A stretch of 34,073 nucleotides of DNA from a virus. Lineage: Duplodnaviria; Caudoviricetes. The stretch covers positions 1 through 34,073 of the IMG/VR virus record IMGVR_UViG_3300018424_000093. One strand, written 5' to 3'. Under the pieces are notes generated by a model. It was given only the letters and a program-made list of their open reading frames with translations, searched no databases and was not told where the DNA came from. The translations under genes and the position numbers were made by a program. Shown piece by piece: positions 14,076-24,577 of the stretch; within the stretch, counting starts at the first letter, position 1; each line of letters begins with the position of its first letter.

Positions 14076-14479
14076 CAGACCAGTTCAACTGCTTGCCGTG
14101 TCTCAAACCAGTTCATTGCCTTCTTTAGACGCTCATAGTGGCGATGATCGTCGTCAGTCATAATTTGCAGAAATCGCTTGTTCTCCAAATCTGCAATTTC
14201 TTTAGCCAGGCGATCCTTCGTGTCGCCATACGCCTCATTCTCTCTGCGTAAATCCCGCACGAAATCGGGCACTGTGTCAGCTACAACCTGATCTTCAATT
14301 TCCCGTAGAACAATCTCGCTGATGTGCGGTTCCGTCTCAACAGGAACGCGTTCGACAGCACTTGTTTTGTCTGCTTCCAGTTCTGCAATACGCTGCTCCA
14401 ATGCAGCTATCTGCGCGCTCAAACCAAAAATGTCGTGCGTACTAGGAGCGCCAACGCGCAGAATGATCCGGCTAGACAT
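14075..14479 (-). CDS. Hypothetical protein
   Basis: Coupled ORF in the late operon. Confidence 0.7.
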   Translation of the reverse strand: MSSRIILRVGAPSTHDIFGLSAQIAALEQRIAELEADKTSAVERVPVETEPHISEIVLREIEDQVVADTVPDFVRDLRRENEAYGDTKDRLAKEIADLENKRFLQIMTDDDHRHYERLKKAMNWFETRQAVELV

Positions 14480-14867
14480 AGGTGATCCCCTTGCTGATGA
14501 TAAAATTACCCGCAGCGAGCCTGATCGCGTTGTTGTTTGAGCGCGTCAGAACCAAATCGTAACGTGCGGAGATTGCAGTAACGTCGCCAAACTGTAGACC
14601 TTGAAAATCACGCTTGTCGATTTTGACGACGAACCGACCAGCCTCCGGTTCAGTAAGCCGGATCTCAGACCCATTTAGGGTTGGCTTTTGTCCGATTTCC
14701 AAAAGTGCAGGAGCTTCGGGATTGCGCTTTACATGCAGGTCCAGGCGCGCGTTGGACAGGTCGATGGGCTTGTGATCTGACCATTGCAACTCCAGACTTT
14801 CCGCAAAATCTACGCTGGTTGCTGCCGCAAAATGTTGCAAAGCAGGTGCGTCACCGATCAAAGCCAT
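14472..14867 (-). CDS. Hypothetical beta-rich structural-type protein (BppU-N/Ig-like)
   Basis: PIDLSNARLDLHVK...YDLVLT...RLAAGNFIISKGIT pattern; strong SD. Confidence 0.65.
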   Translation of the reverse strand: MALIGDAPALQHFAAATSVDFAESLELQWSDHKPIDLSNARLDLHVKRNPEAPALLEIGQKPTLNGSEIRLTEPEAGRFVVKIDKRDFQGLQFGDVTAISARYDLVLTRSNNNAIRLAAGNFIISKGITYV

Positions 14868-14897
14868 CGGTCTCCCCCTTTCGGATTTTCGTGCTGT

Positions 14898-17800
14898 TTA
14901 GCGCTGAGGTATGCGGTCTTCAGGAAGACCAAGTTCGGCAGCTTTTTTCACGAGTTGTTTGCGCGCTGCTTCCGGCGTCACCACGCCCTGATCAATGAGT
15001 GGCACGAGAGATTGCGCCAGCGCATTCAGTTCAGCCTGCGCTCCAGGCTGCAACAGTTGCGGAGCTAAGGCTCTGCCTCTAGCAAGCGCGTCGTTCGCCA
15101 AATCCCTGCCGCTTTGTCTTGCTGCTGCTACCTCGTCAGGTGTGAACCCAAGCTGATCATAGGCAGTCTCTAAAGACATGCTCGGTCGTGGTGCCTGCAT
15201 GTCGTCCGTGATACGCATTGCGGGTGTATAGAACGGGCTTTGCTGACCTTCCTGCTGCAAAGACTCATTGATAGCCTGGCCCGTTGCTGCAACACCAGCA
15301 ACACCTACACCCGCAGCACCCAGAGCAGGCAAATTAACTGCGCTGCGAGCGCCCAGAGCGTCATTGACGAACTGAATGTTGCGGCCTGTGTATTGAGCGA
15401 TCTCAGCAGGGTTCAGACCGAACCGCGAATACAAGTCACGTGCGTAAGTTATGTATTGCTGTTCGATGCCGTTCGGAAGATCGGCTGGTTTACGGCTCAT
15501 AATGGCGTCTGTGCGAGGTTCGCCGGGTAATGCACGAGGACTATCTAAAGGCTGACGCACTTTCTGCGCGATGGCCGCAGGATTAGGCTGTAACATGGGC
15601 AGGCCTGCTGTGAGTATGGGGCTATCAGATTGTGCGGGGTCAAAGCGCGCAAACTTCGAGCGAATGTTTTTCGGCTCGAAAATTAAAGTATGTTCTGTTG
15701 GGCGATAAACGCCGTAGTCGGCCTCATCGCTAAAGTTCTGAAAAGTAACGCCATCATACCCTTCTGATTTAGCTTCTTGCGCCATGCGCGTTAAATCAAC
15801 ATCGTCAGGATCGTACTGGACCCCTTCCATATCAATCTTTTTTAAATTACCTCGGGCCACCAAAGGCATTACATTCGCCCCTTGCCCACCGTCTCGCATG
15901 ATTTGTTGCTCAAGGGTTTCGGCTTGCTGCATCAATCGATTTGCTTCCTCCCAATTTCCTCTGCGTTCAGCAGCGTAAGAAGCCTCAATTAGGTCCTGTA
16001 CGGGTTTGGTTTCCGTCGCATAAGAGGCATAACCTCCTGCGGTGTCTGGGCTTCCTGCCATCCATGTGCCTAGTTTTGCACTACGTGAACCTGTAACCCG
16101 ACCGGCCTGCACTGGGTCAAATTGTGTAATGTCATTAGCAGTTCCATGATACAGTGTCTTATCCGTATCAAACCCCATCTCTCTCCCACGTCGTAACCGA
16201 CTTGCTTCATCCATAGCTAAGTTAGTGTTGCGCGTCGGCACTCCATTAGACGCCCCTCTGCGCGGCAACATACGAGCGTCCAGGCGCCCCGCAGCGCCGC
16301 CCCCTACAAGACCTATGCCGATGCCCATAAGGCGCTCTGTAGGCGTAACACGGCCATCTCCGTTAAGGTCTGGGTTAATTGCTCCGATAGTGCCGCCTGC
16401 AATCGCTCCTGTAGCCGTTGGACTGTTCAGTAAATCTCCGCTGATGAAACCTTGTTGGTTTGGCTCGGTGTCGCGCGGTTTTAGCGGCAAATTATCTTCC
16501 GTTTGTATCGGAGCGTCAAAATTCGGACGCAAATCTGCATCGCTACCTGCTTGAGTTGGAAAACTGTTAGCGCCTGCTGGCGTAGTGTTTCCCGGTGACG
16601 GATTGAAATTAGACGGCACTGGCTGAGTCCACGGGCTCGCCTGCTGTGTTGTGTTGTTGCCTTGCTGTCGCAAAAAGGCGCGTAATCCATCCTGACCATT
16701 GACGCGCCCGATGCGATTCACAGGACTCTTCGCCGTATCACCGGGTCGCATCATGAAAAAACGGGAAATGTCATCAAGCGTGTCGGTGCGCGTTTGAAAC
16801 ATAGTCTTGCCAGCACCACTCAAAGCGCGACGTGCAGGCCACAGATATGCCCAGGGCCCGATGCCTGGCAGGGCCATTGACACTCCCGCACCGACCATTG
16901 CATCACCCATTGCACCGGACGATCCATCTGCCATTCTGGCCAATGTTCCGTCACGCATTGGACCAGCATTTCTGATCGCTTCCGCGTTAGGTATGGTTCT
17001 TGAATTAGCCTCTGGATCTATGCGCCTAATAAAATCTTGTTCATCGCGGATTGCCCGAACGTCATCAGCAAAATCTTTTGCACCAATACGCTCTAAAAAC
17101 GCGAGCGAGCTGTTGCTCTGCAGAGCCGTCAACCGCGCCGCAGCGTTTTCAGGACCACCGCGCAAAGGAGCCATTGCGGCATCTCTAATGCTCTGTAAAG
17201 CGACCGCTTTCTGCTCCACCGGCAGTGCGTCAAACTCCGCTATTATCTCGTCCTGTAAGCCTGGATTATTCATTATGCGGGAGGAAGACGATCCAAATAA
17301 ACGATCTCCAAACGTCTGCGCCCGAAGCAAACTTTCCTCTGTACCCCAACGCCGTTTAACCGCTTGGTATCCATCAACTTGATCTAAGGCATCGTCAAAC
17401 TGATCCCGCAAAGATGCATAAAGTTGCTCCTCCGCACCGGTAGCTGTACGTGCCGCAGTCGAAACATTCGAGCGCATATAATGAGCTGCATGAACAGGTT
17501 TTGCGGCAATGTAAGCGTCAACGCTTTCAAAGCCTTCCGCTGTTGCTCGTCTCGACAATAGCTGTTGATAATTAGGCTCTTTGCGAATCAGCATTATCAT
17601 CGCGCTCAACTGCGCTGGCGTCGGGTTTGCGTTATTCAGAACACGCTCGTACTCTGCTGACAACCGGCTCTTGGCTTGCAGAATTTGCGCGCGCGTGTCA
17701 GCACGACTTCCTCCTGCTATATTGCGATTTGCAGATTGCCCAAGGAAATCAGATTGAGAACCGACCAAATCATTCGTTACAGAGCTGATAATGCCAGGAC

Positions 17801-18950
17801 TGTTCTGCCCAGGGCGCGCAACAAGGTTAAGTTCTCGGAGCTGCTGCAGTACCACTTGCGATACTTGAGGCCTATATTCGCCCACAACGTCTATAATATG
17901 CTGCGCCACCGTCTTGCGAGCCGCCGCGCCACCCGTCGCAGCTTTGAGGCGATTTGCGACCTCTGCATTCAGCGCACGTATGTCGTCACTGGAAAGACCA
18001 GCTCGCTCGAAAATGCGCTCGACGGCAGAAAACGCCTGCGGCCTGAGTTGACTGACGGCAATAGCGTTAAGGACGTCCGCAGCGCCATTGGTCCGCATTG
18101 ATTGACGCCCAAATTTTGTTGCAATGTCCTCCCGAACATCCTGGCTCGTAAACGAACGACCACCAGTTTGAACACCTACACCTGCGCGCTTTGCCAAAAT
18201 TCCTGCTGGCCCAACTGCTGCAGAAATCGGAACAGGAACGTCGCCAACAGGTGTTTCAACAATCGGACCAAAATTTGCGACGTCTTGCCCAGTTTGCAGA
18301 CGCTCCTGTAAAGAGGGAGATTGACCAGTGTAAGCGCTGTTTTCCGAAGCAAGTGTTGTTGCACCTTCAACTTGCGCGGCTCCATACCCAGCAGCTCCCG
18401 ATCCCATTAAACGAGACAAAAACGCCGTTGGCCTTGTCGATTGCAAACCGCGAACCGTTTGCCTGACTATGGGCAGTTTCGCTGCACCAGATAGCATTGC
18501 GGTTCCTGCCCGATAGGGCGCTACAGATCCAGCAATAGAACCCAGCGTCGCCATTTCAGGATGCGTGTCTGCAACTATCATCTGCACATCGCCAAGGCCC
18601 ATTGCGTCGTCGTTATCAAACGGCATCTTGCCGCTTTTGGCGTTTTGCAGCGTTTGATAAAGACCCAGAGTTGCGTAATTCTGCGCTTTGTTCGCAAAGG
18701 CATTAACAGCACCTAAAATGCCGCCAACTCTGTCCGCACCGGAAACAGCGTCAACAACGGGTGATAAAAATGTCCCTTGTTCACGGGCACGGTTTGCTCG
18801 ATCTGTTAAGCGCGCTTCGCGGTTTGCACGGGCGGCGCTCAGACCAGAACGCAATGGACTTGCGGATGGCACGGGAGTCGTATCAACTGGATCGTTTGCC
18901 CACGGCGTTGCGTTCTCAATGACCGGATCGTTTTCCCAAGGATTAGCCAT
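14898..18950 (-). CDS. Large internal virion/ejection protein with an ADP-ribosyltransferase-like insert
   Basis: 1350 aa, Ala/Gly-rich with TM-like stretches; third of three ejection-type genes. LYHGT...A..YA...GYDGV...IRSKFARFDP domain at about 15600-16214. Confidence 0.8.
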   Translation of the reverse strand: MANPWENDPVIENATPWANDPVDTTPVPSASPLRSGLSAARANREARLTDRANRAREQGTFLSPVVDAVSGADRVGGILGAVNAFANKAQNYATLGLYQTLQNAKSGKMPFDNDDAMGLGDVQMIVADTHPEMATLGSIAGSVAPYRAGTAMLSGAAKLPIVRQTVRGLQSTRPTAFLSRLMGSGAAGYGAAQVEGATTLASENSAYTGQSPSLQERLQTGQDVANFGPIVETPVGDVPVPISAAVGPAGILAKRAGVGVQTGGRSFTSQDVREDIATKFGRQSMRTNGAADVLNAIAVSQLRPQAFSAVERIFERAGLSSDDIRALNAEVANRLKAATGGAAARKTVAQHIIDVVGEYRPQVSQVVLQQLRELNLVARPGQNSPGIISSVTNDLVGSQSDFLGQSANRNIAGGSRADTRAQILQAKSRLSAEYERVLNNANPTPAQLSAMIMLIRKEPNYQQLLSRRATAEGFESVDAYIAAKPVHAAHYMRSNVSTAARTATGAEEQLYASLRDQFDDALDQVDGYQAVKRRWGTEESLLRAQTFGDRLFGSSSSRIMNNPGLQDEIIAEFDALPVEQKAVALQSIRDAAMAPLRGGPENAAARLTALQSNSSLAFLERIGAKDFADDVRAIRDEQDFIRRIDPEANSRTIPNAEAIRNAGPMRDGTLARMADGSSGAMGDAMVGAGVSMALPGIGPWAYLWPARRALSGAGKTMFQTRTDTLDDISRFFMMRPGDTAKSPVNRIGRVNGQDGLRAFLRQQGNNTTQQASPWTQPVPSNFNPSPGNTTPAGANSFPTQAGSDADLRPNFDAPIQTEDNLPLKPRDTEPNQQGFISGDLLNSPTATGAIAGGTIGAINPDLNGDGRVTPTERLMGIGIGLVGGGAAGRLDARMLPRRGASNGVPTRNTNLAMDEASRLRRGREMGFDTDKTLYHGTANDITQFDPVQAGRVTGSRSAKLGTWMAGSPDTAGGYASYATETKPVQDLIEASYAAERRGNWEEANRLMQQAETLEQQIMRDGGQGANVMPLVARGNLKKIDMEGVQYDPDDVDLTRMAQEAKSEGYDGVTFQNFSDEADYGVYRPTEHTLIFEPKNIRSKFARFDPAQSDSPILTAGLPMLQPNPAAIAQKVRQPLDSPRALPGEPRTDAIMSRKPADLPNGIEQQYITYARDLYSRFGLNPAEIAQYTGRNIQFVNDALGARSAVNLPALGAAGVGVAGVAATGQAINESLQQEGQQSPFYTPAMRITDDMQAPRPSMSLETAYDQLGFTPDEVAAARQSGRDLANDALARGRALAPQLLQPGAQAELNALAQSLVPLIDQGVVTPEAARKQLVKKAAELGLPEDRIPQR

Positions 18951-20392
18951 TACCGTTTGGTCCTCACATTTCCGTCTGGATCTATAAACCTGGTGCCGCG
19001 AGGCAGAGCGTTATATTCCTGCTCGTTTGTTACCTGCGGCAAATCTCCCTCAACTACATTCTGCAAAGCGTCCTGAGATGGATTTGCGACATTCATGAAA
19101 ATGTTATTGTGTTGCCCTTGCAGGTACTGATCCCACGATGCCTGCATGCCTAGCCCTGTTTCAGGGTTAATCTTATCTACACCGCCGTAGTTCTCGATCC
19201 ACTGCGATTGGAACTCTGGCTTTTGCCGTTGAACTTCGACAAATTGGATCGCTAGCGGCAGCATTGCCCTATTAGTTTCATCTGACAAATCGGGCCCAAT
19301 GTTGGACATTACGGAAATTTGCAACTCGCGTTCCGTATCCGATCCACCAAACATTTCCAGCATTGCAGCAGCGAGTTGGTTGTTGATTGCCCTAAATTGT
19401 TCCGAATCCGCCAGCTTGGCATCATCGATCAAACCAGAAAACGGAGGTAGTTCGTCCGCGATTGCGGCAACATTTGTCCTTACACGGTTCAATGCACCTG
19501 TGTTGAGATTTCCGCGTTTTATAATCTCTTCAGCCTGTCGCAACAAAGAGTATGCTCGGTCTGTTGCGCCAGCGTCTTGTAGAGAGTCGCCAAGCACTTC
19601 GCTGCTTAGTCTGTTGCTCGCGTTGTTTGAGAGGCCTGAAAGGTCGCCGTCCACTATCTCTACAGCACCATTGGCGTCTACCCGAACCTTCAAACCGCTC
19701 GGTATAGTTTGGCCAAAATATTGCGGCGTTGCTCCTACGTTGTTTTTATCGACCGCGTAGTATCCAGGCCCCTGTGGGCCTATCATTTCAACCAACTGAA
19801 CGTTCGGTTTAGCCGCGTCTGGAACTTTAGGGTTGTATGCTATTAAGTTTCCATCGCGATCAACGACTGCAGCCCCGGCACCTACCACCATTGGGTCTCG
19901 CGGTGGCGCAAATGCCATTTCTGTTGCCGCATCAAACACCCCTGACGGGTTTGCGGCAAACAATGCGCGCTGCTCTGGCGTGAGGTTTGGCATGGCTGCT
20001 AACATCGCAGCCTCCCTCGCCTCTTTTTCCATACGCAACCGTTCTTCTTCCTGCTGCTCGGTCACATACGAAAGCATCGTATTGAAGTTGTTTGACCCCA
20101 TCGTGCCATCCATGTCGCGAAGGCCTGCGCCCAGAAGCATCAGGCCACGTCCGCCACTAAACATTCCTCCACGTTTACGTGGTGCTGGTTTTGGCTGTTC
20201 AACTGGTTCTGTCGTTACGCCAGTTGAGCGCATTTGCGTTGTTGGCATTGCTGGCGCTGCTACCGGCGCATCTGCCATTGATACAGGCTGCTGGTAGGGC
20301 TGTTGATTTAACATGGGCGCCTGCCGCTGAAGGGCTGGCACACCTCTGCGATTTCCAATCATTCCAAACGGTAATGCTGTGAAGGCCGTCAT
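18950..20392 (-). CDS. Internal virion/ejection protein
   Basis: 480 aa; position in the operon; C-terminal EYNALPRGTRFIDPDG motif. Confidence 0.7.
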   Translation of the reverse strand: MTAFTALPFGMIGNRRGVPALQRQAPMLNQQPYQQPVSMADAPVAAPAMPTTQMRSTGVTTEPVEQPKPAPRKRGGMFSGGRGLMLLGAGLRDMDGTMGSNNFNTMLSYVTEQQEEERLRMEKEAREAAMLAAMPNLTPEQRALFAANPSGVFDAATEMAFAPPRDPMVVGAGAAVVDRDGNLIAYNPKVPDAAKPNVQLVEMIGPQGPGYYAVDKNNVGATPQYFGQTIPSGLKVRVDANGAVEIVDGDLSGLSNNASNRLSSEVLGDSLQDAGATDRAYSLLRQAEEIIKRGNLNTGALNRVRTNVAAIADELPPFSGLIDDAKLADSEQFRAINNQLAAAMLEMFGGSDTERELQISVMSNIGPDLSDETNRAMLPLAIQFVEVQRQKPEFQSQWIENYGGVDKINPETGLGMQASWDQYLQGQHNNIFMNVANPSQDALQNVVEGDLPQVTNEQEYNALPRGTRFIDPDGNVRTKR

Positions 20393-21381
20393 GTTTTACC
20401 CCCTACAGTGCCACTGATTGCTCCTGTTTTTCCAAAATTGAACAGGTCGCCAAACCCGCCAGCCGCGCCAGCCGCTTGCAAGCCCATGCCAAGAACACCT
20501 GCAACGCCGGGATTTGTAGATTGTGTTGAAGTCTGCGTTCCAGAACTGTCCACCAGGCGCGGCACCTGTCCCAAAAGCGCACCCTCAATAGCAGCACGAC
20601 GATACGGGTCTTCATACCCACGAAGGTATTCCTGATACATTGCGTCAAGAGCGGCTTGGTTCACGGCGCGCTCATTAGCGCCTAGCGCCATGCCCATGCG
20701 CGTTTCAGCATCCATCCGATTGCCCATAGTGTTAGCTACGTTTGCTTCCATTCCGCCGCGAGCTAACAAGCCTTGGTCATAGATATTTTGCTGGCCGACG
20801 TTGAACTGATCAACGCCCATCGCTCGATCCATGTCACTGCCATACAAGCCAAGCGCTCTGTCATAACCTTGCTGACGCAGTTGAGCAGCCGCATTGCCTG
20901 CCTGATCTATAAACCGTTCATTTGTGAGGGCCTCTGACACACCAGCGCGGGAGCCATTAAACGCGCTCGTATGCAGGCCTGCATCCATGTCATTCACCGC
21001 CATTTGTCGAGCGCGGTTCATGTCTGACATCGTGCGGTCTATAACCTCATCGGTGTATGGGTTCATGTAAGGTGCCGCATCAAAGTCTGCGAACGAGCGC
21101 GTCTGAATGCTCTGTGGGCCACCTTGATATGCACCTTTCACCGTGTTCAGAGCATTGCCTAAAAGGCCACCAGTGGCGCCCATATTGGCATTATACATGG
21201 CTTGCACGTTCTGTTCAGTATCGGTCAGTCCGGCAACACGATTGCCATCATAGGCTTGGTAAGGGTTATCATTCAGAATGCCGCGCACATTGGCGAAACC
21301 CTGATCAATCATGCGACGAGTGTACGGATCAACAGTCTGATCGTTCGTTGTCTTCGTCCTGGTTTTGGTTTTACCGCCCAC
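20389..21381 (-). CDS. Internal virion/DNA pilot-type protein
   Basis: MGGKTKT start, YMNPY and SAFNGSR motifs, Gly/Ala-rich hydrophobic C-terminus. Confidence 0.72.
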   Translation of the reverse strand: MGGKTKTRTKTTNDQTVDPYTRRMIDQGFANVRGILNDNPYQAYDGNRVAGLTDTEQNVQAMYNANMGATGGLLGNALNTVKGAYQGGPQSIQTRSFADFDAAPYMNPYTDEVIDRTMSDMNRARQMAVNDMDAGLHTSAFNGSRAGVSEALTNERFIDQAGNAAAQLRQQGYDRALGLYGSDMDRAMGVDQFNVGQQNIYDQGLLARGGMEANVANTMGNRMDAETRMGMALGANERAVNQAALDAMYQEYLRGYEDPYRRAAIEGALLGQVPRLVDSSGTQTSTQSTNPGVAGVLGMGLQAAGAAGGFGDLFNFGKTGAISGTVGGKT

Positions 21382-21383
21382 TT

Positions 21384-21707
21384 TTATAGCTCCTTTACCA
21401 ACATGGTCTTCTCGACATAGCCCAGTTTTTTCAGCACTCGTGCCCAGCCCTTACGGGCATTGCTAACCGTCACGAGATCAAAACCTCGTGCGCGGTGTTC
21501 CTCCTCAGCCGTCATCAGCATCGCTAACAGCTCGCTCAAATCACCAGCCGCCAGCCAGATGTGGAATGCCTTAACTTCCTCAGTTGCTGCGCCGCTGGCA
21601 TAGCCAGGCCACAGACGCACATCGCCAGACCTGACTTCCTTCAGAACGTCTTCAATGCTGTAATTTCCTTCAGAGCGATCCAGTGCTGCTTGAAGATGCT
21701 CTATCAT
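21384..21707 (-). CDS. GNAT-fold-like virion assembly protein
   Basis: Sits between nozzle and ejection genes; HIWLAAG...RKGWARVLKKLGY. Confidence 0.65.
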   Translation of the reverse strand: MIEHLQAALDRSEGNYSIEDVLKEVRSGDVRLWPGYASGAATEEVKAFHIWLAAGDLSELLAMLMTAEEEHRARGFDLVTVSNARKGWARVLKKLGYVEKTMLVKEL

Positions 21708-21910
21708 ACTGCCACCGCACTCAGCGTTCCGGTGTTGTCTACCGTAATCTGGTATCGTGTGCCGTTAGGACTGACCAAAATCAGCCTTTCATTGTTTGCC
21801 AGCTCTACATCCTGACCACGCGCAAACTTGCTTTGCAGCTCGCGCTCAATTTCGGTCCGTGTCTCAGCTTCATTTTGCACATCGTAACTCGGTGCAGGCT
21901 GCGGTAACAT
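21704..21910 (-). CDS. Small tail-associated protein
   Basis: LILVSPNGTRYQITVDNTGTL motif; coupled to the nozzle gene. Confidence 0.7.
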   Translation of the reverse strand: MLPQPAPSYDVQNEAETRTEIERELQSKFARGQDVELANNERLILVSPNGTRYQITVDNTGTLSAVAV

Positions 21911-23388
21911 TATCTTGCACCGCCAGGCGTAACTTTAAGACGTGGAACACCTATTCGCCCGTCAGTGCCGCTCGCTATCGTGTATTCCCAACCAACCTGA
22001 CGGCCACTAAACCGGACCAGCTTTGGGCTTGCGCTTGTAAATGGCCCATGCGTGTTTTCTGTCGCCTGCGGATACAAACGGGTGAAAAACCTGATGGTTG
22101 AATCACCTACAGTGCCCTCGTCGGGGACGTATTCTCGCGCATACATATACCGCTCGCCATTACCTAACTCAATAGGTGCAGCCCGAAGCGTCGCATCACG
22201 ATTATCTCGTGATTGCGTGATCTCATGCTCATAAATGTAACCATCGTCACCGGCTAACAGCAAGTTGCCAAAAACGCCTTTTGGCGCACCTGACAACCGT
22301 GTGAGCGTACCAATCCCCCAATGGTCATCGACGTAGTTATAATACACGTAGCAATCGCATTCAGTGCTATCACCGCATGGATAATACCACCAGATTTCAT
22401 TGAACTCGGTGTTGTGAACAGCAACAACCTTGCTCTGCTGCTGCGTGTTCAGATTGTTGAATACATATTCCAGCACGTCACAGCGCAGAGGCTTCGTGTA
22501 GCCGTCATAGACGAAGAAACCATTTTGGCCCATCCAGTAAGCCCGGTTAGCTACCGTGGCTACGGAACCTTGCGAGATGACGCCACACGCTTCGCCAACC
22601 TGGTCGAACACGTACACCGACGGCTTGCCAACATACCGGGCTAAATGCACGTCAACGTCTGTAAAGATAAGCTCACCACCACGAATGCGCTTACCGCAGC
22701 GGATCTTGCCGTTGGTCTTTAGCTCCACGTCCCCAGCAAGGTTGGTGGCTGATGGCGTCCAGTCGGTGCGGTTTGCACGGTCGCACCATGCAACTTTGCG
22801 AGGGTTTGAACTGGCGCCAAGCGCGAAGACAAACAGGTCATTCGTGACCATGACCGCTGCGTTACCCGTTGGTGCGTTCGTCACCGCAACGAGGTTGTTC
22901 GCTGTGTTCAGATCCCATTCCCAAATAGTGCCGTCAGTCTCTGCACAGGCAATCGGAAGCTGACCAAACTGATCAACCGTCCAAATCGTAGCTGGGTTCA
23001 CTACACTCGTATTTGGTCGCGGATCGCCATATGTGCCTGTTCCATAGGTGCTGGCACCATAACCACCACCAGACTCCGCATCGGCTCGCCCCGTTGTGAA
23101 GCCGCTGGTAGGCGTAATATCTGTAACAACACCGCTTTGGGTCAGAACGTAAGCGTTGCTGTGCGTACCAACAAACGCGAAAATCGTGTTCGAGTTCGTC
23201 ACCCACGTCATCATGGCGCGCGGCTTGCCCGTTAACGTGCTATCGCTGAATTGACGCCACCCACCAACCGGCTGAATGACACCCTGATGCCAACGCATAA
23301 GGTTAGCGTCAAAGTACCGGCCCTGAACCGCATATTCTGTTCCTTGTCGAGCGACACCCGGCGGCAGTTGCAGCTTCACATATTGCAT
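21910..23388 (-). CDS. Tail nozzle / DNA stabilisation protein (P22 gp10-like beta-propeller)
   Basis: 492 aa, beta-rich, WTPSATNLAGD motif, podovirus synteny. Confidence 0.75.
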   Translation of the reverse strand: MQYVKLQLPPGVARQGTEYAVQGRYFDANLMRWHQGVIQPVGGWRQFSDSTLTGKPRAMMTWVTNSNTIFAFVGTHSNAYVLTQSGVVTDITPTSGFTTGRADAESGGGYGASTYGTGTYGDPRPNTSVVNPATIWTVDQFGQLPIACAETDGTIWEWDLNTANNLVAVTNAPTGNAAVMVTNDLFVFALGASSNPRKVAWCDRANRTDWTPSATNLAGDVELKTNGKIRCGKRIRGGELIFTDVDVHLARYVGKPSVYVFDQVGEACGVISQGSVATVANRAYWMGQNGFFVYDGYTKPLRCDVLEYVFNNLNTQQQSKVVAVHNTEFNEIWWYYPCGDSTECDCYVYYNYVDDHWGIGTLTRLSGAPKGVFGNLLLAGDDGYIYEHEITQSRDNRDATLRAAPIELGNGERYMYAREYVPDEGTVGDSTIRFFTRLYPQATENTHGPFTSASPKLVRFSGRQVGWEYTIASGTDGRIGVPRLKVTPGGAR

Positions 23389-23774
23389 CAGAGCGGCCCA
23401 CCTCCACTGATGAAAACCGTACCCGTATCAAGAACAGTCGTTCCCTTGCGGATGGAAACCGACAACGTGGCCGATCCATTTACAGACGTGACCCACGTGT
23501 ATGTAGATGACAAAGCCAGCCACGTGTTCAACGTGCCTGCCGTCAAGGATCCGCTGGTTTTAGAAACGTAGATTTCGTAACTGCCGCTGGCCAGACTGGT
23601 TGGCGTGATCCAGTTGCCAACTGTCTGATACGAACCGTTCGACGCCTGAATAGTGCCATTTGAATTGACGTTATAAATGCCCGTTTGACCCGGCAAACCA
23701 ACGTAAGCACCTGCTTGAACGTCAACAATGGTTCCCCCACTCAGAGAACCAGAGATTGCCGTTAAAAGACTCAC
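23388..23774 (-). CDS. Tail fibre-associated protein
   Basis: GTG 23774 (GTGA overlap); Ser/Thr/Gly-rich beta protein. Confidence 0.65.
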   Translation of the reverse strand: MSLLTAISGSLSGGTIVDVQAGAYVGLPGQTGIYNVNSNGTIQASNGSYQTVGNWITPTSLASGSYEIYVSKTSGSLTAGTLNTWLALSSTYTWVTSVNGSATLSVSIRKGTTVLDTGTVFISGGGPL

Positions 23775-24577
23775 GAAACCGCTCCCTGCACGGTCCACTT
23801 TGACGATCCGTGGAACATGCACGTCACGATGTTATGCGCGCTCGTCGTCGCCGTAGCGCTGTCTGTGTCATTCACATACATCGTATGAGAACCAGGACGG
23901 TTGATCTGCCGTGCTGTACCACGCGGATCAATCAGGATCACATCACCGTCAGTCATGCCTGAACTTGGTAAGTCTATTGTGCCAGCCGCCTTGACCACTG
24001 TATTCGCGCTTGCGCTAGTCAGCGCAGTTGTTTCGGTGCTGGTCTTTATCCGCGCCTCAACCGTTGCACCTTCCAGAGCGCCTGATGCAGTGACCGATGT
24101 AAAGCTAGCCGTCGTTCCTGCAACAGCTCCTGTAAATGTCGCTCCAGTTAGCGCAGCGTAATCGCTTGTCGCTGCCGTTGCCATCGTGCCAAGGCCTAGT
24201 GTCGTGCGCGCAGCCCCTGCATTAGCATCATCTATCAACGAACGACCAAATGCCGTCAGACTTGCAACCGCGAAGGCATCTGTGCCGGTCGCATAAATGA
24301 GCTGATCGGCACTCACTGCCAATCCTGCCAGTCCTGCCAGAGTCGCATCATATGCCTGCACATTTGAACCAATAACCAGGCCAAGGTTTGTCCTGGCCGT
24401 AGAGGCAGTCACGTCGCTGAGATTGTTGGCTACCTGTACGGCACCATCAGCAGTCACTTTGACTGCCTGCAAATCCGTATCAACTGCCTCGAACAGCGTG
24501 TTCAGCGTTGCGCCCCAAGTGTCGGTGCTGGCTCCAACGGTGGGATAGGTCCATGTAAAATTTGTCGTCGTTCCCAT
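23771..24577 (-). CDS. Tail fibre protein
   Basis: NNLSDV...ARTNLGL, LTAFGRSLIDD...ARTTLGLG and GATFTG fibre repeats. Confidence 0.82.
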   Translation of the reverse strand: MGTTTNFTWTYPTVGASTDTWGATLNTLFEAVDTDLQAVKVTADGAVQVANNLSDVTASTARTNLGLVIGSNVQAYDATLAGLAGLAVSADQLIYATGTDAFAVASLTAFGRSLIDDANAGAARTTLGLGTMATAATSDYAALTGATFTGAVAGTTASFTSVTASGALEGATVEARIKTSTETTALTSASANTVVKAAGTIDLPSSGMTDGDVILIDPRGTARQINRPGSHTMYVNDTDSATATTSAHNIVTCMFHGSSKWTVQGAVS

